Origin: Thermoleophilia bacterium
Lineage (GTDB): Bacteria; Actinomycetota; Thermoleophilia; UBA2241
Assembly: GCA_040772045.1 (NCBI GenBank)
Contig: JAXGYV010000004.1
Span: 65,432-129,431, forward strand
Reading direction: 5' to 3'
Length of the DNA: 64,000 bases
A program made the translations under genes and the position numbers. Shown here piece after piece: positions 32,265-42,113 of this stretch. Under the pieces are notes generated by a model. The model saw only the letters and a program-made list of their open reading frames with translations, searched no databases and had not been told where the DNA came from. Every line of letters starts with the position of its first letter. Position 1 is the stretch's first letter.

Positions 32265-33134
32265 ATGGAGAAGCTCATCGTCACTGTCGCCGGCGTGGGT
32301 GCCGAGACGACGAAGGAGGCACAGCCCAACTTGCCGATCACCCCGCGCGAGATCGGCGTGGATGCGGCCCGGTGCTGCGCGGCCGGCGCGAGCGTGTACC
32401 ACTTGCACGTACGGGACGCCGAGGGCAATCCCACCCAGAACAGAGAGGTATTCGCCGCCGCGATCGATGAGATCCGTGCGCGCACCGACATCATTATCCA
32501 GACCAGTACCGGCGGCGCGATGGGCATGACGGCCGACGAGCGCCTGCAGCCGTTAGAGCTCGCCCCCGAGATGGCGTCGCTCACCACCGGCACGACGAAC
32601 TTCGGCGACGAGGTGTTCTTCAACGACACCGCCCTGATGACCGAGTTCTACACGCGCATGCGGGCGAGGGGCGTACGGCCGGAGTTCGAGATCTTCGAGC
32701 ACGGTCAGATCAATAACGCCCTGCGCTTAGTGAACAAGCTGGGACCGGCGGGGCCTCTCATGCACTGGGACTTCGTGCTGGGTGTGCCGGGCAGCATGAG
32801 CGGGGAGCCGCGCAACCTGGTGTTTCTCGTCGACTCCATCCCCAAGGAGGGGTCCACGTGGACGTGCACGGGGATCGGCCGCTGGCACGTGCCGCTGATG
32901 CTCACGGCGCTGGCCTTGGGGGGCAACATCCGCCTGGGCTTCGAGGACAACATCTTCCTCCACAAAGGGGTGCTCGCCGAGAGCAACGAGCAGCTCGTCT
33001 CACGCGTGGCTCGTGTGGCCGTGGAGGTGGGACGTGAGTGCGCGACGCCCGACGAGGCGCGGCAGATCCTTCGGCTGGCTCCGTACGACAGGGAGGTCAG
33101 TGGCGCGGCGGCGGCAGGCCGCTCCGCCGGGTGA
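32265..33134 (+). CDS. beta-keto acid cleavage enzyme (BKACE / 3-keto-5-aminohexanoate cleavage enzyme Kce-like, DUF849)
   Basis: TIM-barrel DUF849 family similarity throughout. The start is assigned to the ATG after a GGGAGG RBS (MEKLIVTVAG...). Confidence 0.75.
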   Translation: MEKLIVTVAGVGAETTKEAQPNLPITPREIGVDAARCCAAGASVYHLHVRDAEGNPTQNREVFAAAIDEIRARTDIIIQTSTGGAMGMTADERLQPLELAPEMASLTTGTTNFGDEVFFNDTALMTEFYTRMRARGVRPEFEIFEHGQINNALRLVNKLGPAGPLMHWDFVLGVPGSMSGEPRNLVFLVDSIPKEGSTWTCTGIGRWHVPLMLTALALGGNIRLGFEDNIFLHKGVLAESNEQLVSRVARVAVEVGRECATPDEARQILRLAPYDREVSGAAAAGRSAG

Positions 33135-33249
33135 GGCGGCGGCCATGGCGGCGCCGCGAGGGTGTGCGCGGAGAGCTAGTGTTGACAGTCCTGTCAACGC
33201 TGGCCACTCGCGAGCCGCTGCCTTACCCTCTTGAGAAAGGTAAACTCGG

Positions 33250-35385
33250 GTGACGATCACGCGGCCGTACCGCAGGCCGCCGTTCCGGGTCCGAGATGAG
33301 GTGGTGCAACTGTCTGCTGATCGCCACGTCGAAGGCGGCGAGGTGGAGTTGCTCCACGCGCTGCTTCGACTCACCAACCAGCTCCAGTCGAATCTCGATC
33401 TCGACGCCGTGGTGAGGGTCGTCGCCACCGCCGTCTCGGAGACGTTCGGCTTCGGGGAGGCGGTGGTGTACGTGCGCGAGGGTGACCTCCTGTGGGTGCG
33501 TGCCGCAACAGGGGGAGACGGCACCCAGAATCAGTGCATCGTGGGCAGTCCGTGCGAAGTGGCGAGTGCCGAGCGCATCATGATGGAGACCTATCGGGTG
33601 GGTGATGTGTACCTCGTGCCCGCCGACGCGCCGCAGTGGACGGAGGACATGCGCCGGTGCCTGGCCGCTCATCCTGTTCTGCCGGTGGCGCCTGGAGGCT
33701 GGCGGTATGGCGACACCCTCTTCGTGCCCTTGCGCGATCAGCGGCGGCGCTTAGCCGGACTGCTGCGTCTCGGAGCACCGGTTCATGGCAATCGTCCCGG
33801 ACTCGACGTTGTGGCGTCACTGGGGGTCTTTGCCGCCCACGCGGCGGTTGCTATCGCCAACGCTCGCGAGCACGAGCAGCTCCAGCAGGTCACGCGCGAG
33901 CTAGAGAAACAGCTTGAGGTACGGCGTGAGCTGCTCGAGGCCAGCCGTACACTTCTCGGTACTCTCGATGAGGCGATGGTCTTCGGCCGCATCAGCCACA
34001 TGCTCGACAGCCTGCTGGATTTCGATGCGATGGGCATTGGGCTCATCGATCGTGCACAGGGTGTGATTCGCCCGGCCTACTTGGCCGAGGAGGGGGTTCT
34101 CCTGGACACGGGTGCGACCCTCCCGCTGGACGAGCCGGTGATCGCTGCTCTGCTCCACGGAGACGAGCCAGCCGTGATCGTTGAAGGTGCTCAGCTCTCT
34201 CATAAGACTCTCGTGCCGGGCACGACGGAGACGGCGGGGCCGACGATCCTCGCTTCACTGGCCGCGGGGGGAGAGCCATTTGGGCTGTTGGCAGTAGCGC
34301 GACACGAAGAGCCGCTTCGGCGACGGCCTTTCGGTCCGTACGAGGCCGAGCTGGTCCAGCTGGTCGCCAATATGGCGGCGATCGCGCTGCAGAACGCCCG
34401 CAGCTACAAGGAGATCCTGCACTTGGCCAGCAGCGATGAGCTGACGGGTATTCACAACTACCGCCACTTCCGCGAGACGCTGACCATGGAGGTCCGGCGC
34501 GCGGACCGGTACGCGGAGGCCTTCTGCTTGCTGATGATGGACCTCGATCATTTCAAGGCTGTGAACGACACCGTCGGCCATCAACAGGGCGACGAGGTGC
34601 TGCGGGCTGTGGGGGGCATTCTCCGCCAGTGCTCACGGGAGTCTGACTACCTCGCCCGCTACGGTGGCGAGGAGTTCGTGATGATCCTGCCGCGCACTGG
34701 GCTGGCGGAGGCGCGCACGGTGGCCGAGCGTATCCGCAGTCGCGTGCGAGAGATAGACCCTGGTTCGCCTGCGCTCACTGTGAGCATGTCCATCGGTGTG
34801 GCAGCCTATCCGCAGACCGCGGCGGATGCCGATGGCGTGCTGCGCGCCGCCGACGTCGCGCTCCTGCGGGCTAAGGCGGCGGGGAGAAATCGCGTCTGCC
34901 TGTACGCTGAAGGGGCTGCGGAGGGCGGCGAAGGCATCGTTACGCCACAGAGCCCGGCCGTAAGCCTCGGACGGCACTTCGCACGCACGCTCGGTTTGGA
35001 CGAGCAGGAGACAGCCGGCCTGGCCGCAGCCCTCGCGGTTCTCACCGGCGCGGCTGGTGGCCAAGAGAGGCCTGCCGCGCTTCTGCCGCCCGAGGGCTCT
35101 GAAGCGGCCGCGGGCGCCATGTACGCGCTTCTCTCCAGCACGGAACGCTGGGACGGGACGGGCTATCCCGAAGGCCTTCGCGGACGGGCGATCCCCCGCG
35201 TAGGCCGCGTGCTCGCTGTTCTGCGGGCATACCTTGCCTGCGGGGCCAGCGAGACGAGGGAGGCGAGCCGCTATCTCTGGAGACTGGCTGGCGACCAACT
35301 GGATCCAGGTCTCGTGCAACGGTTCATCGCCTGTCTCGCCGCGGCGGAGGGCCGGGAGGCGGGTCACCGAGCCGCGGCATCGTAA
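33250..35385 (+). CDS. GAF-GAF-GGDEF diguanylate cyclase with a C-terminal degenerate HD-GYP-like segment
   Basis: Two GAF regions. GGDEF domain with an intact GGEEF motif and an RxxD-type I-site. C-terminal ~160 aa carry DGTGYPEGLRGRAIP (the GYP motif) but lack the HD metal-binding dyad. Confidence 0.8.
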   Translation: MTITRPYRRPPFRVRDEVVQLSADRHVEGGEVELLHALLRLTNQLQSNLDLDAVVRVVATAVSETFGFGEAVVYVREGDLLWVRAATGGDGTQNQCIVGSPCEVASAERIMMETYRVGDVYLVPADAPQWTEDMRRCLAAHPVLPVAPGGWRYGDTLFVPLRDQRRRLAGLLRLGAPVHGNRPGLDVVASLGVFAAHAAVAIANAREHEQLQQVTRELEKQLEVRRELLEASRTLLGTLDEAMVFGRISHMLDSLLDFDAMGIGLIDRAQGVIRPAYLAEEGVLLDTGATLPLDEPVIAALLHGDEPAVIVEGAQLSHKTLVPGTTETAGPTILASLAAGGEPFGLLAVARHEEPLRRRPFGPYEAELVQLVANMAAIALQNARSYKEILHLASSDELTGIHNYRHFRETLTMEVRRADRYAEAFCLLMMDLDHFKAVNDTVGHQQGDEVLRAVGGILRQCSRESDYLARYGGEEFVMILPRTGLAEARTVAERIRSRVREIDPGSPALTVSMSIGVAAYPQTAADADGVLRAADVALLRAKAAGRNRVCLYAEGAAEGGEGIVTPQSPAVSLGRHFARTLGLDEQETAGLAAALAVLTGAAGGQERPAALLPPEGSEAAAGAMYALLSSTERWDGTGYPEGLRGRAIPRVGRVLAVLRAYLACGASETREASRYLWRLAGDQLDPGLVQRFIACLAAAEGREAGHRAAAS

Positions 35386-35438
35386 GTGAGTTCGAGCGTC
35401 CGGGGGCTTTTGCGCGAGCCTTCTGGAATAATGGCGCC

Positions 35439-38294
35439 GTGGCCACTGTGAAACCCTTGCGCCCAGATCGTCCCGCCGGCCGGCCTGGCCGGCGTCCGCT
35501 GCTGGTCGGCGGCATCATCGTCGGCATCATCGTCTTCCTCGTGGTGCTCTTCCGCGTGCTGGGTCTCTATGTCGAGTGGTTATGGTTCGGCGACATCGAT
35601 CTGCGCGTCGTGTTCTGGACCACCTTCTGGAGCCGGCTGGTCGTGGGAATCGTCTTCGCGGTCGCCTTCTTCCTCATCGTGTGGGGTAATGTGGAGCTCG
35701 CCCGTCGGCTCGCGCCGCGTCTGCGAGCCGTGGGCGAGGACGTGGTGGAATACGCGTGGGAGCGCATCCATCATCTGGCGGGCAAGGTCGCGTTCGTAGG
35801 CATCGCTCTGCTCGCCGTTGGGGTCGGCTACGTGGTCTCCCGCAGCTGGCTCACGTTCCAGAAAGCGCTCCATGCCGAGTCGTTCGGCGCGAAGGACCCG
35901 ATCTTTGGGCACGACATCGGGTTCTACATCTTCACCGTACCAGCATGGCACTACGTGCAGTCCTTCATCTTCGCCTGCCTGTTCGTCTCCCTGATCCTCG
36001 CGGGAGCGGTTCACCTTCTGCTCGGCGGCGCCGGCGTGGGGCAGATCGGCTTCACCGTGGAGAACGGACAACCGAAGTTCACGCGTCCGCAGCAGCTCGA
36101 CCTCGGCCTCTCGTCACGGGGGATCGCCCATCTCAGCGGTGTGCTCGCGGCCATGTTCGTGGTGGTGGGTGTAGGGCAGCTGTTCAAGGCGTGGGATCTG
36201 TTGTTCTCCGCGGATGGGGTGGTGTTCGGGGCGACCTACACGGATGTGCACGCCGTACTGCCCGCGACCCGCGTCCTCATGGCAGTGGCCTTTGCACTGG
36301 CCGCGGTCCTCCTCTGGAACATGTGGCGACGGCTCAAGTGGTGGCCGCTCACGGTGGGAGTATGGGTCGTAGTGCTGCTCGTGGCACAGCTCGCCATCCC
36401 CGCCATCATGCAAGCCCTCATCGTGAAACCAAACGAGCTCAGCAAAGAGCGGGAGTTCATCGGCTACAACCTCGCGGCCACACGTCGTGCGTACGACCTC
36501 ACGAGCATCAGCGAGCAGCCGCTCGCCACGCGACAGGCTCTTACAGAGGACGATCTCGAAGACAACGAGGTCACTCTGCGGAACATCAGGCTGTGGGACC
36601 CGGGCACGCTCGTCACCAGCTACCGCCAGCTGCAGGAGTTGCGTCCGTACTACTCCTTTGTGGATGCCGACGTTGACCGCTACGAGGTCAACGGCGTGTT
36701 GCGTCAGACCATGGTGTCTGCTCGCGAGCTGAACATCGCCGGCCTTCCCGCGAACGCGCAGACGTGGGTCAACCAGCACATCACCTACACGCACGGGTAC
36801 GGCGTGACGTTGTCGGCCGTCAACCAGGTGACTGCCGACGGCTCCCCCGACTTCCTGGTGAAGGACATGCCTCCGCAGGCCGTCGAGGAGCTGAAGATCG
36901 AGAAGCCGCAGATCTACTACGGCGAGATCGGCACGGACTACACGCTCGTCAATACCACGGAGAAGGAGTTCGATTTCCCGGGGGCCGGCGGCGACGTGTA
37001 CGCCCCCTACTCCGGCGAGGGCGGTATCCCCGTCTCCAGCTTCCTCAATCGGTTGGCGTTCAACGTGCGCTATCGCACGATCAAGTTCTTCACCACCGCG
37101 GCCCTCACGGGCGAGAGCCGCATCATCATCCGCAACAACATCAACGAGATCCTCGCCAGCGCAGCGCCTTTCCTGCAGCGAGACAAGGATCCGTACCTGG
37201 CGATCGCCGAGGGGCGGCTCAAGTGGGTGATCGACTGCTACACCACCACCGATCAGTACGCGTACAGCCAGCCGGAGAGCGGCCTCAACTACATCCGCAA
37301 CTCGGTGAAGGCGGTGATCGACGCGTACGACGGCACGCTGACGCTCTACGCGTTCGATCCTCAGGATCCCATTCTGCGCGCCTACGCACGCATCTTCCCC
37401 GGCGCGTTTACGCCGGCGGAGCGCATGCCCGAGGCATTGCGCCGGCACGTGCGGTACGCGCAAGACTACTTCGACGTGCAGGCGCGCGTGTTCGCCACGT
37501 ACCACGTGACCGATCCCGAGGTGCTCTACAACAAGGGCGACCAGTGGCAGATCCCGGCCAATGTGGCGCTCTCCGGCTCGGGAGAGATGCAGCCGTACTA
37601 CGTCATCATGCGCCTGCCGGGCGAGGAAAAGGAGGAGTTCCTCCTGATCATGCCGTTCGTGCCGAATGGGCGCAAGAACATGGTGTCGTGGTTGGGCGCA
37701 CGGTCCGACCCGCCCAACTACGGCAAGGCTGTCTCCATCGTGTTCAGCAAAGGGAGCGTGGTGTACGGACCGAGCCAGGTAGAGGCGGCCATCAACCAGG
37801 ACCCCAAGGTATCGGCACAGCTCACCCTGTGGGATCGCTCTGGCTCAAAGGCGCTCTCCGGAAATCTCCTCGTGGTGCCGATCGCCGATGCACTCCTCTA
37901 CGTGCAGCCCCTGTACTTGCAGGCGGAGGAGACGAAGCTGCCGCAGTTAAAGCAGGTCATCGTCTTCTACCAGATGCCCGAGGGTCAGACGGAGGGCTCG
38001 CGCAGTCAGATCGTGGCCATGCAGCCCACGCTGGGCGAGGCCCTCGCCGACGTGTTCGGCAGCTCGTCCGCAAGTCCCACACCCGAGCCGACGGCCTCCC
38101 CAACGCCCGGCGTCACGCCGTCGCCGGGCGCCTCGCCGACCGCTCTGCCAGAGGACCTGAGCGCGCTCATCGCGCTCGCCAACCAGCAGTTCGAGGCCGC
38201 CGAAGAAGCGCTGCGGCAGGGCGACTGGGCGGAGTACGGACGGCAGATCGACGCTCTGGAGGCGACGCTGCGGAAGCTGAGCGCTCTGCAGTAG
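35439..38294 (+). CDS. UPF0182 family membrane protein
   Basis: 951 aa. N-terminal multi-TM region with the motif LYVEWLWFGDIDLRVVFWT, then a large extracytoplasmic domain. C-terminal PT/PS-rich linker. Confidence 0.85.
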   Translation: MATVKPLRPDRPAGRPGRRPLLVGGIIVGIIVFLVVLFRVLGLYVEWLWFGDIDLRVVFWTTFWSRLVVGIVFAVAFFLIVWGNVELARRLAPRLRAVGEDVVEYAWERIHHLAGKVAFVGIALLAVGVGYVVSRSWLTFQKALHAESFGAKDPIFGHDIGFYIFTVPAWHYVQSFIFACLFVSLILAGAVHLLLGGAGVGQIGFTVENGQPKFTRPQQLDLGLSSRGIAHLSGVLAAMFVVVGVGQLFKAWDLLFSADGVVFGATYTDVHAVLPATRVLMAVAFALAAVLLWNMWRRLKWWPLTVGVWVVVLLVAQLAIPAIMQALIVKPNELSKEREFIGYNLAATRRAYDLTSISEQPLATRQALTEDDLEDNEVTLRNIRLWDPGTLVTSYRQLQELRPYYSFVDADVDRYEVNGVLRQTMVSARELNIAGLPANAQTWVNQHITYTHGYGVTLSAVNQVTADGSPDFLVKDMPPQAVEELKIEKPQIYYGEIGTDYTLVNTTEKEFDFPGAGGDVYAPYSGEGGIPVSSFLNRLAFNVRYRTIKFFTTAALTGESRIIIRNNINEILASAAPFLQRDKDPYLAIAEGRLKWVIDCYTTTDQYAYSQPESGLNYIRNSVKAVIDAYDGTLTLYAFDPQDPILRAYARIFPGAFTPAERMPEALRRHVRYAQDYFDVQARVFATYHVTDPEVLYNKGDQWQIPANVALSGSGEMQPYYVIMRLPGEEKEEFLLIMPFVPNGRKNMVSWLGARSDPPNYGKAVSIVFSKGSVVYGPSQVEAAINQDPKVSAQLTLWDRSGSKALSGNLLVVPIADALLYVQPLYLQAEETKLPQLKQVIVFYQMPEGQTEGSRSQIVAMQPTLGEALADVFGSSSASPTPEPTASPTPGVTPSPGASPTALPEDLSALIALANQQFEAAEEALRQGDWAEYGRQIDALEATLRKLSALQ

Positions 38295-38450
38295 AAGGCT
38301 GACGAGAGCGTGATGCTCCACGGCACGTCGCGGGGCAAGACTTGGCCGGCCGAACTAGGCGAGCTAGTACATTTTTTGTCTATCGCTTCACCTTCGGCGG
38401 TTTTTCGCCGATACACTGCCCGAGGTACCGATCCTGTCTGGAGGCAGGTC

Positions 38451-40157
38451 ATGCGACGTCGCACTCGCTGGGGGCTCCCGGGCTTGAGCCTGGTTGAGCT
38501 CCTTGTCACGGTGTTCATCGCCACTCTCGTATTCGCGGCCATGGTGCCGCTGTTCGTGGGTGCTCAGAAGAAGAACGTAGCCGATAACCTGCGAAACATC
38601 GCGCTGCAGATCGCGCAGGACAAGATCGAGAAGATCCGCCAGCTGGACTTCGACCAGATAGTCGCCGACCCGGGCGACCCGTCGAGTGTGCCGAACCTGT
38701 ATAACCCCTCGTTTGCCGGCGGGCAGTTCGGCCCCACCTTTGCTGCCGTCGCCGGCACGACCAGTAAGACGATCCACATCGACTACACCGTCAGCGATGT
38801 GCCGGCGGGGTCTCTGGAAGGGCTCGACCAGTGCAAGAAGGTCGTGGTCGATGTGTGGTGGGACCCGCCGCCCGCCCCGGTGAAGCACGTGATCCTGGAG
38901 ACCCTCATCTACCAGCAGTACGCGGGTCCCAGGATCGCGGTCTTTGACGTGAGCCCGCTGGAGGAGGTGGCCTCCAACGTCGTCTGGGTGACCTCCTCGA
39001 GCGTCGATCTGACGGCGACCATCGCCAGCGAGGACCTGGCGAGCATGAACGCCGGTGGCACACCGCAGGGGTTCGTGCGCTTCAGCGTGAACGCGTACAA
39101 CGGTGCCAGGGTAGCCTTCGGCGAGGTGAGCACGCCGGTGTACGCCAATCCTGGCCAGTATGTGTTCACGTGGGATGCTTCAACGGCGCCGGATGGGGTG
39201 TATGTATTCCAGGCCGTCGCCTTCTCTCTCAATCGGTTCCAGGGCAATACGGTTTCGCAGGCCTACAGGGTCGAGAAGGGGCCGCCGGCCGCGGTCACGA
39301 ACCTGGCGGCTGCGGCGGGCAACGGTGTGGTCTACCTGACGTGGGATACCTCGCCCGCCGGCGATCTTTCTCACTACCAGGTGTGGCGTGGTACCGCGGC
39401 CGGTGGCGAGGTGCTGCTGGCCGACGGTGTAGCCACGCCCAGTTACTCTGACGAAACCGTCGTGAACGACACCACTTACTACTACGTGGTCAAAGCGATA
39501 GACGAACTCGGCAATGCCAGCCCAGCGTCGGCTGAGGTCAGCGCGATGCCGCAGGTGATGTCGGACACAGAGGCCCCATCTGTTCCCGGGGGCTTCGCCG
39601 CGGCCAAGAATGGCCCGAGTCAGCCGTCCGTCCGGCTGACCTGGGCCGCGTCGACCGATACGGGCACCCCGGCCAGTGGGCTCGCCTGCTACCAGATAGA
39701 ACGCAGTCCCGATGGCGTGGGCTCATGGACGGCCGTCGACGGTAATGTGAGTTCGACGGCGATCGCCTACGTCGATGCGTCCGCCGGGTACGACGCCCTG
39801 TGGTACTACCGCATCCGGGCCGTCGATTTGGCCGGCAACGCGTCCGCCTACTCGCCGGTGAGCTCGGCGCGCACAGATCCCATCCCGACGTACACGCTCA
39901 CGGTGAGGAACAGCCACAACTCCAGTTCGCTCTCCGTCCGCGTGCAGAGCGTGTCTACAGGACTCTGGTACCGCCAGGACGGGACTTCGTCGAGCAGCTC
40001 GCCGACCCCCGTGGTGATCAAGAAGAACAAGGCCGCCGCATGGAGCGGTCTGCCGGCTGGCGTGTACACGGTGTTCGGCAGCTACAACAACGGCGCTTCG
40101 TGGATCACCAAGCTGGGCGACATCTCCGGCGGCCCGACCACGGTGCAGTTCCCATGA
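38451..40157 (+). CDS. large pilin-like protein: prepilin-type N-terminal cleavage/methylation motif + fibronectin type III-like repeats
   Basis: Leader MRRRTRWGLPG followed by LSLVELLVTVFIATLVF (class III signal). C-terminal region contains FN3-like repeats (YYYVVKAIDELGNASP, YYRIRAVDLAGNASAYSP). The track ORF starts further upstream at 38310. Confidence 0.6.
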   Translation: MRRRTRWGLPGLSLVELLVTVFIATLVFAAMVPLFVGAQKKNVADNLRNIALQIAQDKIEKIRQLDFDQIVADPGDPSSVPNLYNPSFAGGQFGPTFAAVAGTTSKTIHIDYTVSDVPAGSLEGLDQCKKVVVDVWWDPPPAPVKHVILETLIYQQYAGPRIAVFDVSPLEEVASNVVWVTSSSVDLTATIASEDLASMNAGGTPQGFVRFSVNAYNGARVAFGEVSTPVYANPGQYVFTWDASTAPDGVYVFQAVAFSLNRFQGNTVSQAYRVEKGPPAAVTNLAAAAGNGVVYLTWDTSPAGDLSHYQVWRGTAAGGEVLLADGVATPSYSDETVVNDTTYYYVVKAIDELGNASPASAEVSAMPQVMSDTEAPSVPGGFAAAKNGPSQPSVRLTWAASTDTGTPASGLACYQIERSPDGVGSWTAVDGNVSSTAIAYVDASAGYDALWYYRIRAVDLAGNASAYSPVSSARTDPIPTYTLTVRNSHNSSSLSVRVQSVSTGLWYRQDGTSSSSSPTPVVIKKNKAAAWSGLPAGVYTVFGSYNNGASWITKLGDISGGPTTVQFP

Positions 40158-40888
40158 TGCCGGGTATCGCGGCGAAGAAGCGCGGACGGCTGCGCCGCCA
40201 GGAGGGCCTCACGCTCGTCGAGGTGCTGGTCTCGCTCATCGTGCTGGGGATCATCACCACGATGATCATCGTGGCGTACTTCGCGCTCAATCGGTCCTAT
40301 GCCTACTCGGTCGCCAGCGGCAAGGCGCGTGAGGAGGCGCGCCAAGGACTGGCTCGCATGGTGCGCGAGATCCGCGACTGCGAGACGCGCCTCGATCTGC
40401 CCGAGGCGGCCATTGTCCGCGCCCGCGAGCGGTGGATCCTGTTGTATACGACGTTCAACGAGGAGGGGAACAGCGACCCCGCTATGGTCCCTGGACTGGT
40501 CATGTTTCGTCTCTACGACAACGGCCAGATCTGGCGCTTCGAGGACATCGACCGCAACGGGGACATCGCCAACATCGACGAGAACTCCTATCCGGTGAGC
40601 GCCGTCCACCAGGAGGCCGAGCGGGCTTCCGGCGAGGGCGGCCGATCTCTGGTCGGTCATGTCGTCAATTACGACGGGCTGGTAAGTCCCACGCCGGCCT
40701 TGTTCCGCTACTCGTACATCGACGACCTCGGTCAGATACAGATGTCGAACGAGATCTACTACACGCAGAACCGCGTGCGCATTCGCTCGGTGCAGATCCA
40801 TATGCTGGTCGACCTCAACCCGAAGCACGCGCCGGTCTACGCCGATCTCATGTCCACTGCGCAGTTGCGTAACCAGCGGTTGAACTAG
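40154..40888 (+). CDS. type IV pilus pseudopilin / minor pilin (PilV/PilW-like)
   Basis: Leader ending in G followed by LTLVEVLVSLIVLGI. ATG overlaps the stop of the upstream gene (ATGA). Track ORF 39800.. is an artefactual 5' extension. Confidence 0.6.
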   Translation: MMPGIAAKKRGRLRRQEGLTLVEVLVSLIVLGIITTMIIVAYFALNRSYAYSVASGKAREEARQGLARMVREIRDCETRLDLPEAAIVRARERWILLYTTFNEEGNSDPAMVPGLVMFRLYDNGQIWRFEDIDRNGDIANIDENSYPVSAVHQEAERASGEGGRSLVGHVVNYDGLVSPTPALFRYSYIDDLGQIQMSNEIYYTQNRVRIRSVQIHMLVDLNPKHAPVYADLMSTAQLRNQRLN

Positions 40889-40911
40889 GAATCACGGAGG
40901 CGGGAAGCGAG

Positions 40912-42084
40912 GTGCCCATGCGCCGGCTTGCACATCAGCAAGGGAGCGGACTCATCCTGATCATCGGGGTCGTGGCGGCGCTCGCGATCCTGGGTGCCAC
41001 GCTCGTGGTGTTCACTAACAACTATCAGCACAATACGTATCAGGACAGAATTCGCGCCAAGACGTTCAACGTAGCCGAGGCGGCGATCGACGCGGGGATG
41101 GGTGCGTTGAGCGCCAAGTGGCCGACGGCGGCTGGCGCGGGTCCGGACGTGAGCACTGCCGCGCTGACCGCCTTCCGCTCCCAGTTCACTCCGGAGGAGA
41201 ACCCGGATCCCGTGGTGTCCGCCTTCGTGAACATCGAGTACTACGATAACCTGACGCCTATCGACAAGACGATCACTTGGGATAAGGGGTCGTCGACCGA
41301 TCCCAACGCACCGGACGACCGCATGTGGCTGGTAGCGCAGGTTGGCATGGGGACAAAGGCCGCGCGCATCCAGACACTCGTTGAGCGCACCTACTTTGAG
41401 TCTGGCATCCCGCGTGGCGTAGCCTTGTACACCGGTGGCAACCTGCTGAGCAACGGCGGCGGGAACAACCCGAAGATCCACATCGAGGTCCCGCCGCCGG
41501 TGGGTACGCAGACGTGTGTCAAAGTGGTCGGCACGATCGACGACCCCACGGTCTCGGGCGCCGACATCGTCCAGCTCACCGGCGCCACCGCCGGCACCGT
41601 CGAAGACGTATTCCCCGCGGCCCTGCGCGCGGGCCTCACCGCGCTCGCCAAGACGCACGGTCGCTACTTTACCTCCGTGTCGGCGGCCGAAAATAGCCCG
41701 CCGAACGGTACCTGGAGCCCCGCCGGGGGCTTCAGTGGCCTCTGCGTGATCGAAGTGCCGAACGGCACGAGCTGCCGGCTGCAGAGCGTGTACAACTCCG
41801 AGGCGGAGCCCGGCATCCTGATGCTGCTGAACAAGAACGCCGACTGCGTCCTCGATTTCGGCAGCGGATCGGACTACTGGGGAGTGCTCTACACCGACGG
41901 CTGGGTCGACAAAGGGCACGGCAGCTACGAGGTGCACGGCATGGTGGTCTCCGCCTCCACCGTCGACATCCGCGGCACCTGCGACGTGAGCTACAACGAT
42001 AAGGTGATCTCGCGGCTGAGCGCGCGCTGGTCGCTGAACGTCCACCTGGTTCCCAACACGTGGCGGGAGCTGAGACCGGAGTAG
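40912..42084 (+). CDS. PilX-N-terminal-domain-like pilus assembly/minor pilin protein
   Basis: N-terminal hydrophobic segment GSGLILIIGVVAALAILGATLVVF typical of PilX_N proteins, followed by a Gly-rich extracellular region. Confidence 0.55.
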   Translation: MPMRRLAHQQGSGLILIIGVVAALAILGATLVVFTNNYQHNTYQDRIRAKTFNVAEAAIDAGMGALSAKWPTAAGAGPDVSTAALTAFRSQFTPEENPDPVVSAFVNIEYYDNLTPIDKTITWDKGSSTDPNAPDDRMWLVAQVGMGTKAARIQTLVERTYFESGIPRGVALYTGGNLLSNGGGNNPKIHIEVPPPVGTQTCVKVVGTIDDPTVSGADIVQLTGATAGTVEDVFPAALRAGLTALAKTHGRYFTSVSAAENSPPNGTWSPAGGFSGLCVIEVPNGTSCRLQSVYNSEAEPGILMLLNKNADCVLDFGSGSDYWGVLYTDGWVDKGHGSYEVHGMVVSASTVDIRGTCDVSYNDKVISRLSARWSLNVHLVPNTWRELRPE

Positions 42085-42113
42085 CGCGGACGCTCGGCCG
42101 GGGCCGAGGTTGA

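Noticed and set aside
39800-40153. 5' extension of the pseudopilin ORF (track ORF 39800..40888)
   Set aside because: The extension overlaps the upstream FN3-pilin gene in another frame. The prepilin leader begins at the ATG at 40154, which overlaps the upstream stop codon.
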